Positions 46,202 through 56,245 of a stretch of DNA of 64,000 bases are shown here, one piece after another (position 1 is the first letter of the stretch; the number at the start of each line of letters is the position of its first letter). The position numbers and the translations under genes were made by a program. Below the pieces are notes generated by a model. It had not been told where the DNA came from and did no database searches. It saw only the letters and a list, made by a program, of their open reading frames with translations. The DNA lies in sequence record NC_027399.1; one strand, given 5' to 3'.

Positions 46202-47350
46202 ATGGCTAAAAAAAGAACTCAAGAAGAAGCAAATAAATTAGTTTTTGATGCCTGTGAACGCAAAAACTACACATTTAAATCTTTTGTATATAATAACAGA
46301 AATACTAGAATTGATGTACATTGTAATGTATGTGGGTATGAATGGGATATATTGTTTGAAAATTTAACAAGAAATCCTTGTGGTTGTCCAGATTGTGCTG
46401 GATTGGTTAAACGAACACAAGAACAAGCAGAAAATGAAGTACGTCAAAAATGTAATGAAAGAAATTATAAATTTGGAAAGTTTGTTTATGTAAATAATCA
46501 AACAAAAATACCGTTAATTTGCCATTGTGGATACGAATGGGTTTCATGTTCTTTTTCTAAATTTGTACATGGTAACAGGGGTTGTCCACGTTGCTCTAAA
46601 AAAATACAATTAACTCAAGAAGAAGCAACCAAAAAAGTGGATGCAAAATGTAAAGAGAATAATTACTTATATAAGGAATTCTCGTATATTGGAGTTGATG
46701 ATACGAGACTTTTTCTTATTTGTCATTGTGGATATGATTGGAATTGTTCATTTGATAAATTTGTTAATTCAGGAACAGGCTGTCCTAAATGTGGTGGTAG
46801 ATTGCAATTAACTCAAGAAGAAGCCGAAGAACGAGTATTATCTAAATGCAAAGAGCATAATTATACATATAAACCATTTTGTTATCTAACCAATGAAACA
46901 AAAATATCTTTGATTTGTCATTGTGGATATGAATGGGATTGTAGGTATTCATTGTTTGTAATGCCAAACGGAACTGGTTGTCCAAAATGTTCTCATAATG
47001 ATGGACAGTTATATTCATATATACATTCAATAACAGATGATGACGGTAATTTAATTTCTGTAAAATATGGGATAGAAACCACAATCAATAGTAGGAATAA
47101 AAGTCAAAATAAATTATCTAACTATAATATTTCAGTACTTAATACTTACAAATATATTACTGTTGAACAGTGTAAAAATGCAGAAAAAGAATGTATTAAA
47201 TTATTCCAAAAAGAAAACAAAGAACTTTTTGGAAGAAAGGGTTATATAACTAAAGAAGAAATGAGGGATGGTTGGACGGAAACCACATCTGTTTCTAATA
47301 TTGAAAAAATCATTTCTATCTATGAAAAATGGGGTGGAATTAAACAATAA
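46202..47350 (+). CDS. Putative homing endonuclease: 4 tandem Zn-repeats of about 66 aa plus a GIY-YIG/T5orf172-type domain
   Basis: Repeat TQEEA...C...NY.F..F.Y....T.I.LICHCGYEW...F..F....GCP.C; C-terminal LYSYIH...VKYGI...E...RDGWTET; start placed at the ATG at 46202. Confidence 0.75.
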   Translation: MAKKRTQEEANKLVFDACERKNYTFKSFVYNNRNTRIDVHCNVCGYEWDILFENLTRNPCGCPDCAGLVKRTQEQAENEVRQKCNERNYKFGKFVYVNNQTKIPLICHCGYEWVSCSFSKFVHGNRGCPRCSKKIQLTQEEATKKVDAKCKENNYLYKEFSYIGVDDTRLFLICHCGYDWNCSFDKFVNSGTGCPKCGGRLQLTQEEAEERVLSKCKEHNYTYKPFCYLTNETKISLICHCGYEWDCRYSLFVMPNGTGCPKCSHNDGQLYSYIHSITDDDGNLISVKYGIETTINSRNKSQNKLSNYNISVLNTYKYITVEQCKNAEKECIKLFQKENKELFGRKGYITKEEMRDGWTETTSVSNIEKIISIYEKWGGIKQ

Positions 47351-47814
47351 TGGCAAAACCTTGGCATTGGATAATTAAGGACGATAAGAGTAAACTTCTT
47401 GATTTGATTACATATTTCAGTACTGAAATTGATGAAGCAAAGAAAGAAGTTAAAAAGGTTGGTTCTGTTGAGAAATTAGCACAAGACTTACCTGGCTGGC
47501 ATGAAACACGTTTGTCCCAATTACAAGAACTTGAAGCAGTACTGGAAACACTTGAAATAGAAATGAAACAAATACAGGCAGAAAAATTTAAATACTATCT
47601 GGAATCATATCGACGTCAGCTATCCAGTTCAGACTGTAAGAAGTATGTTGATGGTGATAAAGATGTGTGTGATTTGGCTGAAGTTATTAACGAAGTTGCT
47701 TTTCTACGAAATAAATACACCAGTATTATTAAATCATTAGAAATGAAAGCATTCCAATTAAACAATATTGTTAAATTGCGATGTGCTGGCTTGGAAGACA
47801 TTAGACTAGATTAG
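47350..47814 (+). CDS. uvsY: Recombination mediator UvsY-like
   Basis: Helical; LSSSDCKKYVDGDKDV...IIKSLEMKAFQLNNIVKLRCAG. Confidence 0.75.
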   Translation: MAKPWHWIIKDDKSKLLDLITYFSTEIDEAKKEVKKVGSVEKLAQDLPGWHETRLSQLQELEAVLETLEIEMKQIQAEKFKYYLESYRRQLSSSDCKKYVDGDKDVCDLAEVINEVAFLRNKYTSIIKSLEMKAFQLNNIVKLRCAGLEDIRLD

Positions 47815-47840
47815 AAAAAAGGACGCTTATGCGTCCTTTT
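47815..47840 (+). terminator. Intrinsic terminator
   Basis: AAAAAAGGACGC-ttat-GCGTCCTTTT. Confidence 0.8.
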
Positions 47841-47859
47841 ATACGTTATAGGGAAATAT

Positions 47860-48681
47860 ATGACAAATAAACTTGAAGAATTTGTGAATTCTATTGCAGT
47901 ACTGGATACTGAAACCAATGGTATTCTTGAAACCGATGAAATTATAGAATTTAGTATTTCATTTCCAGAATCATTGAATGATTCTATTGATAATATTATG
48001 AATTACACCAATCGTTATAAACCACAAAAAGAAGTGCCAGCTATAGCAAGTTCAGTTCATTTTATTACAAATGAAGATTTGGAAAGTTGTGGAACTTATG
48101 ATTCTGAATTACCAACAATTGATGCATTAATGGGAAGTCGTCAATATTATGTTGGTCACAATGTACAGTTTGATCGTAGAATGATGCGTCAATGTGAAGA
48201 TAAATATCGCAGTGAACCTTCTCAATATCTATATAAAGATAATTGGATTTGCACTTTACGATTAGCCAAAAAACTTCATGCAGAAGATTCTGATTACGAT
48301 AATATGACTCTAAGTTACTTATGGTTTAAACTTGGGTGTTATAAGGGGCATCGTAAAGTAGAAGCACATAGTGCACGTGATGATGTTTTTATGTGTTACT
48401 CGGTGCTAATTAAATTAGTTGAAGAATGCATTTCACTTGGAATCATTGATCCAAATAATGACATTGGATCTCAAATTATTCAGTACTGTAATACTCCTAT
48501 TATCTATGAAAAAGTAACATTTGGTAAACACAAAGGAATGGATTTTTCTGAATTACCAATGGACTACCTTATGTGGATGATTACAAATAGTGACATTTTA
48601 AATACTGACAAAGAAGATTGTGATATGGATTTGGTGGCAACTTTTGAGTACGAATATAACAGAAGGACAAACGCCAATTAA
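47860..48681 (+). CDS. DEDDh 3'-5' exonuclease (ExoX-like)
   Basis: VLDTETNG, VGHNVQFD, HSARDDV; C-terminal TFGKHKG...LP.DYL.W domain. Confidence 0.85.
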   Translation: MTNKLEEFVNSIAVLDTETNGILETDEIIEFSISFPESLNDSIDNIMNYTNRYKPQKEVPAIASSVHFITNEDLESCGTYDSELPTIDALMGSRQYYVGHNVQFDRRMMRQCEDKYRSEPSQYLYKDNWICTLRLAKKLHAEDSDYDNMTLSYLWFKLGCYKGHRKVEAHSARDDVFMCYSVLIKLVEECISLGIIDPNNDIGSQIIQYCNTPIIYEKVTFGKHKGMDFSELPMDYLMWMITNSDILNTDKEDCDMDLVATFEYEYNRRTNAN

Positions 48682-48698
48682 TAACAAGGAAGATATAA

Positions 48699-50234
48699 AT
48701 GGAAATACCAAAAGTAGGAACAGGAACGTTCAGACCAAAGGCCAAAAAAGGTACTTCGTGCAAATTGATTATTCAAGATGAGGTTAATTGTAAGTTCGAA
48801 GGGTTAGATCCTTCCTTGCGTTCATTATTGATAAAAGAAGTATCATATATTTTACCATATGCGAAATTCACTCCAGCAGGTAGACTTGGCCGCTGGAATG
48901 GTGAAGTGAATTTTATGAATATGGGTGGTGGTACATATTTACATATGCTTGATAAACTTCTTCCAATATTAGATGAGTACGAAGTACAAATTGAATTAGA
49001 AGATCATAGGATTGATTATGGTTTTCAATTCGATCCGATTGATGAGAATATTTTCAGTGATGTAGTATTTCCAATTGGGCATCACATGGAAGGTAAAAGT
49101 ATTATTCTTCGTGAACATCAAGTAAACTCAGTAAATGCATGTTTAGCAAATCCACATGGATTATTATTAGCAGCAACTGGAGCCGGAAAGACAATTATCT
49201 GTGCAGCGTTAGCTCGTTCAGTACAGAAATACGGTCGTTCAGTAATTGTTGTCCCTAGTACTGATTTAGTTCAACAGACATATAATGATTATGTTATGAT
49301 GGGACTTGATACTGGGATGTTTTGTGGTGCTCAAAAGGATTTCGGTCATCAACATACTATTACTACATGGCAATCATTTAACTCCTTGTGGAAAAAAACC
49401 AAGAAGGGTGAAATAGAATTAACAGAGCAAGATGTTCATGATTTTATTGATGGTGTTGTTTGTGTTATTGTTGATGAAGTACAAACAGCCAGAGGTGATG
49501 CATTATCTAATCTATTATCAAAAGTAATGCAGAATGTTCCTTTGCGTTGGGGTTTAACTGGAACAATTCCAAAAGATCAAATTGAAGCAGCCAGAATTAA
49601 ATGCAATCTTGGCAATGTGATTTATACTGTTACATCAAAAGAATTACAAGATAAAAAGATACTAAGCACGTGTAACATTAGTTGTATAAAATTAAAAAGT
49701 TCAATGAAGTTTGAGAATTATGCCGAAGAATTAAAATTTCTAACAACTGATAGAGAAAGAATGTCATATGTTGCTAAGCTTATTCAAGCATTATCTGAAT
49801 CAGGTAATACATTAGTATTGGTTGATAGAATTGAATGTGGTAATCTTTTATGTGAATTTTTAGGTTTACCAAAATCAGAATTTGTTAAAGGTGACACAAA
49901 GAAAAAAGATCGTGAATCTTCTTATGGTGAAATTCGCTGGGCTGATAATAAAATTTTAATTGCTACATATGGGGTTGCTAGTACAGGCATAAGTATTTCA
50001 CGACTCTATAACGTAGTTCTTATAGAACCTGGAAAAAGTTTCATTAAGACAATTCAAAGTATAGGACGTGGATTACGCGTTGCCGAAGACAAAGACCATG
50101 TTGAAATCATTGATATCAGTAGTTCAACAAAATACAGTGCAAAACATCTCAGAGAGCGTTTGGTTTATTACAAGGAAGCAAAATATCCACATAATGTCAT
50201 AGAAGTAAAAGACTGGCAAAATCTCTCAGACTAA
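48699..50234 (+). CDS. uvsW: SF2 DNA helicase UvsW
   Basis: LREHQ, AATGAGKT, VDEVQ, GLTGT, QSIGRGLR. Confidence 0.92.
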   Translation: MEIPKVGTGTFRPKAKKGTSCKLIIQDEVNCKFEGLDPSLRSLLIKEVSYILPYAKFTPAGRLGRWNGEVNFMNMGGGTYLHMLDKLLPILDEYEVQIELEDHRIDYGFQFDPIDENIFSDVVFPIGHHMEGKSIILREHQVNSVNACLANPHGLLLAATGAGKTIICAALARSVQKYGRSVIVVPSTDLVQQTYNDYVMMGLDTGMFCGAQKDFGHQHTITTWQSFNSLWKKTKKGEIELTEQDVHDFIDGVVCVIVDEVQTARGDALSNLLSKVMQNVPLRWGLTGTIPKDQIEAARIKCNLGNVIYTVTSKELQDKKILSTCNISCIKLKSSMKFENYAEELKFLTTDRERMSYVAKLIQALSESGNTLVLVDRIECGNLLCEFLGLPKSEFVKGDTKKKDRESSYGEIRWADNKILIATYGVASTGISISRLYNVVLIEPGKSFIKTIQSIGRGLRVAEDKDHVEIIDISSSTKYSAKHLRERLVYYKEAKYPHNVIEVKDWQNLSD

Positions 50235-50249
50235 AAAAACGGATTGAAG

Positions 50250-50278
50250 CTGAATGAAATCTAAAAAAATGATATAAT
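50250..50278 (+). promoter_or_regulatory. Early/middle promoter CTGAAT-N17-TATAAT
   Basis: Motif family member; TGn extended -10. Confidence 0.55.
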
Positions 50279-50280
50279 TA

Positions 50281-50733
50281 TTGTGTAAAATCAACAAGGA
50301 AGTAGAAATTATGGAATTAAGAACTAGCATTTCTTTTATTGGTACTGAAGATGTACTATCTAAAATCGATTATCTAATCAATGAAGAATCTCTTATCGAT
50401 GATATGGTTTATTCGCTGGATTTTATCTCTGAACTGGAAACAGAAGATACTTATGTTTATCGTTGTTACAGTACTGGTGATTCGTGGGTAAACATCTATG
50501 ATATTCATTCACGATTTTCTACAAATGGAATTGATAAATGTGATATCATTTACACCAGTACTGATTCAGAGACTTATGTTGATGTGATCAGTTTGAGTGG
50601 AAATTTTGATGCTTATGTTGATTGTGATCCTGAAAAAATTCAGGAAATTTGTGAAACATATGGGCTTGAATTTTTTGGTTCAGATGAACCAGAAGAAGAA
50701 TACGACGACGACGAAGAAGAGGGATATTATTGA
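50281..50733 (+). CDS. Acidic hypothetical protein
   Basis: Likely starts at the ATG at 50311 (MELRTS) after a GAAGTAG-rich leader; D/E-rich tail. Confidence 0.6.
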   Translation: MCKINKEVEIMELRTSISFIGTEDVLSKIDYLINEESLIDDMVYSLDFISELETEDTYVYRCYSTGDSWVNIYDIHSRFSTNGIDKCDIIYTSTDSETYVDVISLSGNFDAYVDCDPEKIQEICETYGLEFFGSDEPEEEYDDDEEEGYY

Positions 50734-51230
50734 TGAATATTTTAACACCAGAAAATAACGCATTTGATATGGATTTGGTATCAGATTTAATTCCCGAAGA
50801 AATGTATTGCGTACTGGATTTAAGTCCAGGTGGAGATAGTGATTTTTATTTTCGTCATATCCTCAATACTATTACATTCAACAGCAACAGTGCTGATATT
50901 CAAATTGGTAATAAAGTACTACAAGTGCCTCTCAACTGGCAAATTATGTTAGGTGACGAAGACACTGGAATGGTAGAAATGTGTACTATTGAAAACATTC
51001 TTAATATGAAAGAACCAAAAGCATATGTTTTCAATCCAATTCGTTCTATGTATCCACGTTTTGAACCAGTTAAAGTACTAAGAGCATTTACTCTACCTAC
51101 TAAATGGCAAATTCCAATTGTACCAAAAAAGAATTTGCTATGTGTTCCATTACAACACGGTTCTAATCCACCTTGCGTATATTTCGCAGATGAAAATGAG
51201 AAAATTCAGGATTTACATTTGGGGCTATAA
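50730..51230 (+). CDS. Conserved hypothetical beta-rich protein
   Basis: 166 aa, coupled to both neighbours; MNILTPEN..FD.D and QVPLNWQIMLGD motifs. Confidence 0.65.
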   Translation: MMNILTPENNAFDMDLVSDLIPEEMYCVLDLSPGGDSDFYFRHILNTITFNSNSADIQIGNKVLQVPLNWQIMLGDEDTGMVEMCTIENILNMKEPKAYVFNPIRSMYPRFEPVKVLRAFTLPTKWQIPIVPKKNLLCVPLQHGSNPPCVYFADENEKIQDLHLGL

Positions 51231-52027
51231 TGTCTGATAAAAAAGAATTACAAATTCAGGATGTATTACATCATATTGATATTGCAGATTATAAGTACTA
51301 TGATACACTTAGTGACGAAGAAAAGAAAAGTTTCACGCCATATACTGTTTTGAGATGGGTAAGTGCGTTGGACGATTCGTTATTGGTTACTTACAATGCA
51401 AAAGAGATTGAAAATGTATTCGGTAAATGGAAGAATGGTGGCAAAGAAGCATTGAACGAGCTTGTATTGGAACTCCAGAAAGATGGAGTTGGTGTTTTGA
51501 ATGTATCAAAATATTGCCACACTGAACCTTATGACTGGAGAATCAAATTTTCAGTTAAAGATAAAAAATCGAGTGAAAAATTGATTTCAACACTTAAAGA
51601 TTTTAGAATTAACTCATCTGAGATTCTTCAACTGGAAAATAGTGATGTACTAAAATATCAATTAATCTTTTTAAATGATATGGTTAATGATGGATTTTGG
51701 GAAATGAAAGACCACCCTGATTTGGTGTATCAATTGATGTGTTCAGTTCAGGATATGGTTGGTGCTGAACCTAAAGTACATAACTGGATCCCGTTTACTA
51801 AAGGTTTGAAGAATGTTAGTACTGAATTATTCAATATCATTAAACAAACCCAACCCGAATTAACACGAGAAAATATAAACGAGCTTGAATATAAAATTCT
51901 CCTTTTATCTTACTCTAAAGAATCTTTTAAAGAACTACTTGATGATTTTGGATATCAGGAGAGTGAAGTTAAAAAATTGTTAAAAACATTTAAAGAAGAA
52001 TGTTCGAAATATGGCAAAGAGATCTAG
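51230..52027 (+). CDS. Possible clamp-loader small subunit (gp62-like)
   Basis: N-terminal YYDTLSDEEKKSFTPYTVLRWVS resembles gp62-like proteins of large myophages (recalled). Confidence 0.4.
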   Translation: MSDKKELQIQDVLHHIDIADYKYYDTLSDEEKKSFTPYTVLRWVSALDDSLLVTYNAKEIENVFGKWKNGGKEALNELVLELQKDGVGVLNVSKYCHTEPYDWRIKFSVKDKKSSEKLISTLKDFRINSSEILQLENSDVLKYQLIFLNDMVNDGFWEMKDHPDLVYQLMCSVQDMVGAEPKVHNWIPFTKGLKNVSTELFNIIKQTQPELTRENINELEYKILLLSYSKESFKELLDDFGYQESEVKKLLKTFKEECSKYGKEI

Positions 52028-52757
52028 TACAGGGGTAAGAAAAACCCCTATAAAGAAAATTAAAAAAGAAGAATATGTATGTTATTTCTGTGATAAAAAA
52101 TTTAAAAGAGAAAATACTATACTAACGCATAAATGTATTAAACGTGACCGATATAATGATCGAGAAAGTCGTTTAATGAGAGAAGCATTAAGAATATATC
52201 TTTTGTTTATGAAAATAAATCATTTACCACTAAAGAAAGATGTTGAACCACTAATGTATTTTATCAAATCTTTGTATTTTAATGACTTCTATGATTTCGC
52301 TAATTACATTCTAAATAATGATATACTTGAAAAAGAAAGATTTTTGAATCACATTATGACTAGTGGTATGTCAGTGCAGAAATGGACTACCCATGCAGTA
52401 CTTGAAGAGTGGGTTCTTCATGTATTAAAATACGAACATCCAGAACGTGGTGTAGAACGTTCTATTATGGCAATAGTCGAATGGTCTGAATTGACGTCAA
52501 ACGAATGGACTACCTTTTTTGATAATGTTTCTCCTGCTCGTTTTATTGCATGGGTAGAAAGTGGTAAAATATCTCCATGGTTATTATGGACTGTTCCACC
52601 GGAAGTGCTTAGAAAAATAACAGACCGACTTAGTGATTCTGAGCTTGAATATATAGTCAAATATATTGATCCTACTTATTATCAAATAAAAAGTATAAAT
52701 CCTTATCAAGTATCAGTGCAAAAATTAAAAACTATATTACAAGATTCGGGATTTTAA
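52011..52757 (+). CDS. C2H2/C2HC zinc-finger-containing hypothetical protein
   Basis: YVCYFCDKKFKRENTILTHKC at the N-terminus; GKISPW motif. Confidence 0.6.
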   Translation: MAKRSSTGVRKTPIKKIKKEEYVCYFCDKKFKRENTILTHKCIKRDRYNDRESRLMREALRIYLLFMKINHLPLKKDVEPLMYFIKSLYFNDFYDFANYILNNDILEKERFLNHIMTSGMSVQKWTTHAVLEEWVLHVLKYEHPERGVERSIMAIVEWSELTSNEWTTFFDNVSPARFIAWVESGKISPWLLWTVPPEVLRKITDRLSDSELEYIVKYIDPTYYQIKSINPYQVSVQKLKTILQDSGF

Positions 52758-52760
52758 AAT

Positions 52761-53126
52761 ATGAGTATATATAAACAAACGATCAATGAAGGTAAAATTG
52801 ATAATCTCTATCACAGAAATGTAACTAAACCAGAAGTACAGAGTATTAAAAAATCATCTGAACTTAAATTGCTCAGAAGTGGAAGTGTAACTGAAATAAC
52901 ACTGGATGATAAAACATTTCAGGTTTATGATGCACATAAGATTCATAATATTATTACGTTCGTTGAACGACATGAAGATAGTATATTCAATTTAAGACAA
53001 GATAATAATAATCTTAAAAAACAAATACAAATACTATCAAAGAATATTCAAACATTACAAAGTACTGTTACAAAATTACAGGAACAATTAAAAAATGCAG
53101 GATTCAGTTCAAACAACTACTTATAA
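52761..53126 (+). CDS. Coiled-coil hypothetical protein
   Basis: Heptad-rich C-terminal half. Confidence 0.6.
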   Translation: MSIYKQTINEGKIDNLYHRNVTKPEVQSIKKSSELKLLRSGSVTEITLDDKTFQVYDAHKIHNIITFVERHEDSIFNLRQDNNNLKKQIQILSKNIQTLQSTVTKLQEQLKNAGFSSNNYL

Positions 53127-53736
53127 AAAAGCAAGAACCGACATTGACATTGATGTAAAAGATGCAAAAGAAGTAATAAGTATTCTTCCTTGTACAAGGA
53201 GTACTGAAAAAATTAATGAAAGTGGGTTAATCGTTCATAATAGTGGAGTTCATTTTGATAATATTCCTGTTGATCCTGTTACTGGGTATAGTAGTATTGA
53301 ATATAAAAAAGCCGAACAATTAGGGTATCAAAAAGTTGATATCCTTTCTAATTCGGCTTATAAGTACGTGAGAGACCGAGAACATTTAATTGAACTCGTT
53401 AATAAAGAACCACAATGGGATTTATTGCTGATACCAGAAATAGTAGAAGAATTGTCACATATTAAAAAACACATTTCACTTCTTAATGTATGGAAACCAC
53501 AAAGCATAGATGAACTGGCAATGTTTATTGCCATGATTCGTCCGGGGAAATACAAATGCCAAAGTATGAATTCATGGGATGAAGTACGTAAAGAAATATG
53601 GGATTACAGTACAGTACCAGTGCAGGCAGATGGTAAAAAGGTAATGTATTTCAAAAAACCACATGCTTACGCGTATAGTTTTATGATTGTGGTGCAATTG
53701 AACGCATTAGTTGAACACATTATGTCCTCTTCTTGA
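53095..53736 (+). CDS. Miniature DnaE/Pol III alpha-like (C-family) catalytic core
   Basis: TDIDID, HNSG, GYQKVDIL, IRPG and FKKPHAYAY appear in DnaE order within 213 aa. Confidence 0.8.
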   Translation: MQDSVQTTTYKKARTDIDIDVKDAKEVISILPCTRSTEKINESGLIVHNSGVHFDNIPVDPVTGYSSIEYKKAEQLGYQKVDILSNSAYKYVRDREHLIELVNKEPQWDLLLIPEIVEELSHIKKHISLLNVWKPQSIDELAMFIAMIRPGKYKCQSMNSWDEVRKEIWDYSTVPVQADGKKVMYFKKPHAYAYSFMIVVQLNALVEHIMSSS

Positions 53737-54076
53737 GGGCAACATTTCTTCGTTTAATTCGTTTTTGCGGTAAATCGCTTAAAGATGTTTGTGGCCCACT
53801 GATGAATTTAATTTGTGGTGTATCGAAACGTTTAGTATAGTTTTCAAATTTTTCCATTTCTTCCTGGAAAAATAAACATACTGGAATAAGTCTATTACTC
53901 TGAAACCACCAGTCCTCTGCTAACTGGAGTATTTCCTCTCTTTCTTTTTTAGACATAAGATCCAAGCAATAGAGTGTTGTGTATTTGGTACTCTTTATTT
54001 TAATTATCCCAATGTAGGTATTTTCGTTGTGGTCGAGTACTGTAATGTATTCGGGAAATGCTTGGTATTGATTCAT
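53720..54076 (-). CDS. Hypothetical protein
   Basis: 118 aa; GGAAG RBS; TATAAATA on the minus strand at 54115-54122. Confidence 0.7.
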   Translation of the reverse strand: MNQYQAFPEYITVLDHNENTYIGIIKIKSTKYTTLYCLDLMSKKEREEILQLAEDWWFQSNRLIPVCLFFQEEMEKFENYTKRFDTPQIKFISGPQTSLSDLPQKRIKRRNVALKKRT

Positions 54077-54136
54077 ATCACTTCCATAAATATTATATAG
54101 GTTTTAGTATTAAGTATTTATAGAAGGAAAATATTA

Positions 54137-55114
54137 ATGTCTCATAGTGGCGTATATATGTACCCATATAATCAGGAAGTATCATTAGGAAATTTCAATA
54201 TGCCATTTCATAATGAGAAAATTGTTATATACAGAGGTGCGAATAATAATTTATCCTTTACAATCCATAATGCTGATGGAAAATATACAAAAATAAAAGA
54301 CAATGAATATTTGACATTCATGATCTTCGATGCAAGAAATAATAGTATTTTATTTAATACTGTACTTGATAAACAAATTCCATCGTGGTTATCTGAGAGT
54401 GGTCAGGCACGACAATCACTTGGTAATAAAGAAAAAGTTTATTATGGTTGTGTTGTTCCTGCTGGTGTTATTCAGGATACTAGTCCAGGTTTAAAATATC
54501 GATGGAGTATTGTCAAAACTACTATTGATGGTTCTCTTCTTGAACCCACTCAATATTTGTATACTGGACTTGATTATGAAGCATATGGTGAATTACAAAT
54601 TTCAGATAAAGCTGCACCTGTGTTTGTCCCCAGTACTGAAGTTTCAAAGGATAAAAATTCTTCATGGAAGTCTATCAAAGATAGTTACAGAGAAGTTATC
54701 AGTGATTCTATAAAAGGTGAATATGATGTGATGTGTACTTCTCCATTAGCAGCACAAATGCAGTATGGGTTAGTTGATGGATTGAGTACAATTGCACTTT
54801 ATACTGATAATTTTATTGGAAGAATTCAATTACAAGGTTCACTTGAAAATAATGTACCGTCTGATGTAGAGAATTACAAATGGTTTATTATTAAATTAGA
54901 TTCAAGTGAATATATTCAAAATAGTATAGATGAAAATGGATTTATTATTCCTATGAATGGAATACAGACATTTAATTTCAAAGGAAATTATATGTGGTTA
55001 AGAGTTGTGGTATGTATTCCACCAATCGAGTATACTGTTCCTTATGATTATAATACTGTCCGTAAAGAATACGATCCATTAAAAACACTTCCCAAAATAT
55101 TGATTCGTCGATAA
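54137..55114 (+). CDS. Putative virion structural protein
   Basis: CATAAATA at 54085-54092; IYRGANNNLSFTIHNADG and G.IQLQGSLE...W...F.FKGNYMWLRV beta-sandwich-like motifs. Confidence 0.55.
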   Translation: MSHSGVYMYPYNQEVSLGNFNMPFHNEKIVIYRGANNNLSFTIHNADGKYTKIKDNEYLTFMIFDARNNSILFNTVLDKQIPSWLSESGQARQSLGNKEKVYYGCVVPAGVIQDTSPGLKYRWSIVKTTIDGSLLEPTQYLYTGLDYEAYGELQISDKAAPVFVPSTEVSKDKNSSWKSIKDSYREVISDSIKGEYDVMCTSPLAAQMQYGLVDGLSTIALYTDNFIGRIQLQGSLENNVPSDVENYKWFIIKLDSSEYIQNSIDENGFIIPMNGIQTFNFKGNYMWLRVVVCIPPIEYTVPYDYNTVRKEYDPLKTLPKILIRR

Positions 55115-55116
55115 AT

Positions 55117-55146
55117 TTGAACAAAAATGCCTTTTGGTGATAGAAT
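55117..55146 (+). promoter_or_regulatory. Early/middle promoter TTGAAC-N18-TAGAAT
   Basis: Upstream of primase; TGn extended -10. Confidence 0.55.
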
Positions 55147-55172
55147 GATTTTATCAAAAGAAGGAAAACGAG

Positions 55173-56231
55173 ATGAATCAAGTTCAAAATATAGTATCTC
55201 AAATTTTTAAAGACCCGGTGCCAGCGATAAACCAGTGGAAAAGACATAACTGTCCTGCTTGTGTTTTTCGTGGTCAGGGTCGCCCAGATACAAGAGGACG
55301 TGGAAATCATATGTTCAATGCTGATGGTGGTATTGCATATAACTGCTTTAACTGTCATTTAAAAGTTTCATGGGTTCCTGGTTTATATATGAGCAAAGAT
55401 TTTAAATCTTTGCTTTCTTATTTTGGGGCTGATGAAAAAAGTATTACATATTTAGATCTCTTCGTTAAAGAAATGGTCAATAATGAAGAATATAAAAAAG
55501 AAACACCATCCTCTAAACTATTTCAAAATTTACAAACAAGATCGTTGCCAGAGAATGCAAAAACATTTATAGAATGGGCTAATACTGAACAACCACCAAA
55601 GGAATTCATTTCAGTACTAAATTCCGTAAATTCAAGAAATCCATATATTCTGGATTTGGACTTATACTGGAGTCCATCTAAAGAGCATCAATTATATAAT
55701 CGATTTATTATACCTTATTATATGAATAATAAAATAATTGGTTATACTGCTCGTCATAAAGAACACAATCCCACCAAGTCATTGCGATATATAAACCAAG
55801 TCAGTACTAATATTTTATATAATTATGATTTATTAAATGATAACAGAATTAAAACGATTTTAGTTACCGAAGGACCAATTGATGCCGCATTGATGGGTGG
55901 TGTAAGTGCAAACAACTATTTTTTAACTTCTCCACAGATTGAATTATTAAAAGCAGCACAGGAACGTGGTAAGAAAATAGTCATTGTACCTGACAGGGAT
56001 AAAAATGGATTGGAAGCAGTAAATCAGGCAATTGATAATGGGTTTAGTGTTTCATTACCAAATTTTGGAACTATTAAAGATCCAACCAAATTCGGACACA
56101 GACCAATAAAAGACTTCGATGAAGCATGTGTTATATATGGAAGAATATTTTGTTTACAATTAATACACGATTCAATACTAGATACTGAATTTTCAATCAA
56201 AACAAGAATTGCAAATTCATGGGATATATAA
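55173..56231 (+). CDS. gp61: DNA primase, gp61-like
   Basis: Zn ribbon CPAC...NCFNC, RFIIPY, GYTAR, TOPRIM VTEGPIDA and PDRD. Confidence 0.88.
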   Translation: MNQVQNIVSQIFKDPVPAINQWKRHNCPACVFRGQGRPDTRGRGNHMFNADGGIAYNCFNCHLKVSWVPGLYMSKDFKSLLSYFGADEKSITYLDLFVKEMVNNEEYKKETPSSKLFQNLQTRSLPENAKTFIEWANTEQPPKEFISVLNSVNSRNPYILDLDLYWSPSKEHQLYNRFIIPYYMNNKIIGYTARHKEHNPTKSLRYINQVSTNILYNYDLLNDNRIKTILVTEGPIDAALMGGVSANNYFLTSPQIELLKAAQERGKKIVIVPDRDKNGLEAVNQAIDNGFSVSLPNFGTIKDPTKFGHRPIKDFDEACVIYGRIFCLQLIHDSILDTEFSIKTRIANSWDI

Positions 56232-56245
56232 AATAAAGGAATATA

